Source: an uncultured Actinomycetota bacterium (GTDB lineage: Bacteria > Actinomycetota > Actinomycetes > Propionibacteriales > Propionibacteriaceae). Taken from it: a stretch of 64,000 nucleotides of DNA. A program made the translations under genes and the position numbers. The stretch is taken from assembly GCA_963696135.1 (NCBI GenBank), contig CAVOJH010000019.1, forward strand, positions 64,179-128,178, written 5' to 3'. The notes below the pieces were generated by a model, which had not been told where the DNA came from, did not search any database, and saw nothing but the letters and a program-made list of their open reading frames with translations. Below, piece by piece: positions 61,264 through 64,000 of the stretch (positions within the stretch are counted from its first letter, which is position 1; each line of letters opens with the position of its first letter).

Positions 61264-61275
61264 ACCACTAGTGGT
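61264..61275. promoter_or_regulatory. 12-bp perfect palindrome ACCACTAGTGGT
   Basis: Read directly from the sequence, 22 nt after the LAL stop. It contains ACTAGT, an AT-rich hexamer expected to be uncommon in such GC-rich DNA. A 7-bp-stem hairpin (CGTGGAC-6 nt-GTCCACG) follows at 61343-61362. Confidence 0.25.
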
Positions 61276-61440
61276 GATCGGTGGTCGTCGCCGACCTCGA
61301 CCACGACGACGTAGCACGGCCGCGTGCCGGCGGGTGGTTGTCCGTGGACATGGTCGTCCACGCACGGAATCATCGTCCGTGGGGGTGCGGCGTCTCGGAC
61401 AGCCGGCTCGGCGTGAGTGCCTCCGGGTCGGGAGCTGTCG

Positions 61441-62532
61441 ATGACGGATCAGGTGCGCGTCGGCGTGGCAGGGACCAGCTGGTTCGCCCAGACCCTTCAT
61501 CTGGCCAGTCTGGAGAGCCATCCCTCGGCCGAGGTGGTGGCGATCTGTGGTCGAGATCGTGAGCGCGCCGGTCAGGTGGCCGCCGAGCACGGGATCCCGC
61601 AGGTGTTCACCGACTACCGTCAGATGATCACCAGCGGACGGCTCGACGCCCTGGTCGTGGTCACACCCGATGCGACCCACTTCCCGATCACCATGTCCGC
61701 GCTGGAGGCGGGCCTGCACGTGATGTGCGAGAAGCCGATGGCGCTCACCGCGGATCACGCCCGTCAGATGCACGATGCTGCGGAGGCCGCGGGACTGGTC
61801 ACCATGGTCGGCTTCACCTGGCGCTGGGTGCCGGCGTTCAGCTACCTGCACCACCTGATCGCTCAGGGTTACCTCGGGCGCTGTCACCAGGCGGACTTCC
61901 GGTATCAGCACGGCGGTGCCTTCGAGCCTGCGTACACGTGGCAGCTCGACCCCGACCTCGGGAACGGCATCCTGGGCAACTTGGGTTCCCACATGATCGA
62001 CCTCGCCCGCTGGTACGTCGGTGACATCGCCCGCGTGAGCGGCAGTCTGAAGAGCCTGGTGGCGCGGCACGGGCCCGACGGCGAGCGAGCGTTCGCCGCC
62101 GCCAACGACTCGGCTCTGGTCACCGTGGAGTTCGCCGAGGGAGCGCACGGGACGATCTCCGTGAGTGGGGTCACCCGGGTCGGTGAACGTGGCCAGGACT
62201 TTCAGGTCCGCCTCTACGGCGACGCCGGCTCCCTCGAGCTCGACTTCTGCTTCGCCGGCTCCCGGTTGCGGGGGGTGCAGCAGGGTGACGAGGGATGGCG
62301 GGACCTCGTCGTGCCGCCGGAGTTCCGGGGCGAGGGCGCCAACCCGCCCCTGTGGGTGTTCGACTTCTTCGCCCCGTTCACCAACCAGCCCGTCGGTGAC
62401 CGCCTGTTCATTGATGCCATCACCGGCCGGGGGACTGCGGAACCGACCTTCTACGACGGTTGGAAGACTCAGCAGGTCGTGGACGCCGCGGTGGCGTCGC
62501 ACCGAGAGGGTCGCTGGATCACGATCTCCTAG
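61441..62532 (+). CDS. Gfo/Idh/MocA-family oxidoreductase
   Basis: 'VRVGVAGTSWFAQ' Rossmann N-terminus and the 'CEKPMAL' motif. GGGAG lies upstream of the ATG at 61441. Confidence 0.85.
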   Translation: MTDQVRVGVAGTSWFAQTLHLASLESHPSAEVVAICGRDRERAGQVAAEHGIPQVFTDYRQMITSGRLDALVVVTPDATHFPITMSALEAGLHVMCEKPMALTADHARQMHDAAEAAGLVTMVGFTWRWVPAFSYLHHLIAQGYLGRCHQADFRYQHGGAFEPAYTWQLDPDLGNGILGNLGSHMIDLARWYVGDIARVSGSLKSLVARHGPDGERAFAAANDSALVTVEFAEGAHGTISVSGVTRVGERGQDFQVRLYGDAGSLELDFCFAGSRLRGVQQGDEGWRDLVVPPEFRGEGANPPLWVFDFFAPFTNQPVGDRLFIDAITGRGTAEPTFYDGWKTQQVVDAAVASHREGRWITIS

Positions 62533-62535
62533 TGC

Positions 62536-63849
62536 TCACGCCCGCCACCACGGCCGCAGGGGGAGATCAACGCCACCGCCTCGGCCGTCGGTCTTGACCG
62601 CCAGCACCTGATGCAGTTGGACGATGTTGCGTTCGAACCCGAGCCGGGAGCCCGCCATGTACAGCCCCCAGACGCGCGCGGTGCCCAACCCGACCTCGGC
62701 GACCGCTTCGTCCCAGTGGTCGACGAGGTTCGCGCACCAGTCGCGCAGGGTCCGGGCGTAGTGCGGACGCAGGTTCTCCTCGTGCAGCACCTCCAGTCCG
62801 GCGTTCTGCGCTTCGGAGATGATCCGACCCGATCCGATCAGCTCCCCGTCCGGGAACACGTACCGGTCGATGAACCCGCCGATCTTCGAACCCGGTCGAT
62901 TGTCGGGCCGGGTGATGCTGTGGTTGAGCAGCAGCCCACCGATCCGCACCTTCGATCGTAGGAAGCGGAAGTAGGCGGGATAGTTGGCGACCCCGATGTG
63001 CTCGGTCAGGCCGATCGAGGACACGGCGTCGAACTCCGTCTCACCGATCTCGCGGTAGTCACCGTGCCGTACCTCGGCGAGATCGCTCAGCCCCTCGTCG
63101 GCGATCGCCCGCTGAGCCCAGGCCGCCTGCTCGGCGGACAGGGTGATCCCGACGGCCCGCACCCCACGGCGCGCGGCGTAGCGCACCATGCTCCCCCACC
63201 CGCAGCCGACATCGAGGAGCCGGTCGCCCGCCGTGAGCCGCAGCTTGTCGAAGACCAGCCGGTACTTGTTCTCCTGCGCCTGTTCCAGCGAGGCCCCCTC
63301 GTCGGGGTAGCAGGCGCAGGTGTAGGTCATCGACGGTCCGAGCACCCACTCGTAGAAGGTGTTGGAGACGTCGTAGTGGTGGTGGATCGACTCGGCGTCG
63401 CGGGTGCGGCTGTGCCGCAGTCCCTGCACCGTGCGACGCCACCGGGGCGGCACCTCCTGGGGCGGCGGCGCGATGGGCACCAGGTGCTCGACGCCGATGG
63501 AGCGCACGATGTCGGCCAGCACCCGGGCCGGCGGCCGGCCGACGTCGATCCGGTCGTTCAGGGCCGTGAGCAGCTCGTACGGGTCCCCCGGGTGCACACC
63601 ACGGGGTTCGAGGTCGCCGGCTACGTACGCGCGCACCAGCCCCAGCTCGCCCGGCGCCGTCGCCAGGTAGGTGGTGCCGCGCGGAGACACCAGGTCGAAA
63701 CCGAGAGCGTCCTCGGGTCCGGCAGAGCTGCCGTCGTACGCGGTGAAGTGCAGCGGGGTCCGACTGCTGATGGTGGTCTCCAGCACCTGGGCCAGGGACA
63801 TCCTGGCCGGCGCGGACTTGGTCGTCAGATCTTCTTTCAACGCCGTCAT
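62536..63849 (-). CDS. Cyclopropane-fatty-acyl-phospholipid synthase family methyltransferase
   Basis: 'HHYDVSNTFYEWVLGPSMTYTCA', 'LLDVGCGWGSM' and 'GGLLLNHSI'. Confidence 0.85.
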   Translation of the reverse strand: MTALKEDLTTKSAPARMSLAQVLETTISSRTPLHFTAYDGSSAGPEDALGFDLVSPRGTTYLATAPGELGLVRAYVAGDLEPRGVHPGDPYELLTALNDRIDVGRPPARVLADIVRSIGVEHLVPIAPPPQEVPPRWRRTVQGLRHSRTRDAESIHHHYDVSNTFYEWVLGPSMTYTCACYPDEGASLEQAQENKYRLVFDKLRLTAGDRLLDVGCGWGSMVRYAARRGVRAVGITLSAEQAAWAQRAIADEGLSDLAEVRHGDYREIGETEFDAVSSIGLTEHIGVANYPAYFRFLRSKVRIGGLLLNHSITRPDNRPGSKIGGFIDRYVFPDGELIGSGRIISEAQNAGLEVLHEENLRPHYARTLRDWCANLVDHWDEAVAEVGLGTARVWGLYMAGSRLGFERNIVQLHQVLAVKTDGRGGGVDLPLRPWWRA

Positions 63850-64000
63850 CGTCGTTGCACCGCCTTTGCGTAGAGGTCGAGGAGCCGGGCATCGGGATCG
63901 TAGACCTGCTTCACGGTCCGGTAGTCGTCGGCACCGTAGAGCTGGTCGAACTCATCCTGGGAGTAGTAGGCGTCGGAGTACAGGGACTTCAGTCCGTCGA
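63846..64000 (-). CDS. 3' end of an upstream gene (partial; FAD-linked oxidoreductase-like C-terminus)
   Basis: The reverse translation ends '...LYSDAYYSQDEFDQLYGADDYRTVKQVYDPDARLLDLYAKAVQRR*'. The stop overlaps the CFA-synthase ATG (ATGA). The gene is truncated by the window edge, so the family call is tentative. Confidence 0.45.
   Translation of the reverse strand, partial: DGLKSLYSDAYYSQDEFDQLYGADDYRTVKQVYDPDARLLDLYAKAVQRR

Overview
This is a densely coding, very GC-rich chromosomal segment. Codon usage and gene content suggest Actinomycetota, but that is an inference. No rRNA, tRNA, CRISPR array or intact mobile element was found. I call about 55 intact CDSs, many linked by 4-nt ATGA/GTGA stop/start overlaps. 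All family names come from my reading of motifs in the supplied translations; no searches were run. Content in order: (i) an MmyB-like regulator with an SDR/ADH/AKR redox operon (0.2-3.9 kb). (ii) A gene-decay accessory tract (about 4-14.3 kb). It holds an internally deleted response regulator, a second MmyB-like paralog, three antibiotic-modifying-type enzymes in a row (ANT(6)-like, APH-like, GNAT), a DUF6326/kinase/regulator module, a frameshifted histidine phosphatase and a roughly 600-bp ORF-free stretch. (iii) A ROK regulator divergent from a secreted GH49-like glycosidase. (iv) Assorted redox genes. (v) A JmjC/cupin-4 oxygenase with a repeat-laden 5' end, coupled to a sucrase/ferredoxin-like protein. 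(vi) A monocistronic secreted PLD-superfamily protein, a radical SAM protein, an atypical orphan LuxR regulator and a small secreted protein. (vii) A fully overlapped scoA-scoB-carboxyltransferase-biotin carboxylase operon. (viii) An SNF2 helicase/SWIM pair. (ix) Membrane and transport genes, including a TetR-controlled two-adaptor MFS efflux operon. (x) A glutathione peroxidase, a sugar kinase with two SDRs, and a Mn catalase. (xi) An alpha/beta-hydrolase::glycosyltransferase fusion with a coupled methyltransferase, a divergent LAL regulator, and Gfo/Idh/MocA and CFA-synthase genes. I found no recognisable known defence or mobile system. The most unusual loci are the frame-switching repeat and oxygenase/ferredoxin-like pair, the hydrolase-GT/methyltransferase/LAL cluster, the Asp-less secreted PLD protein and the dual-adaptor efflux operon.
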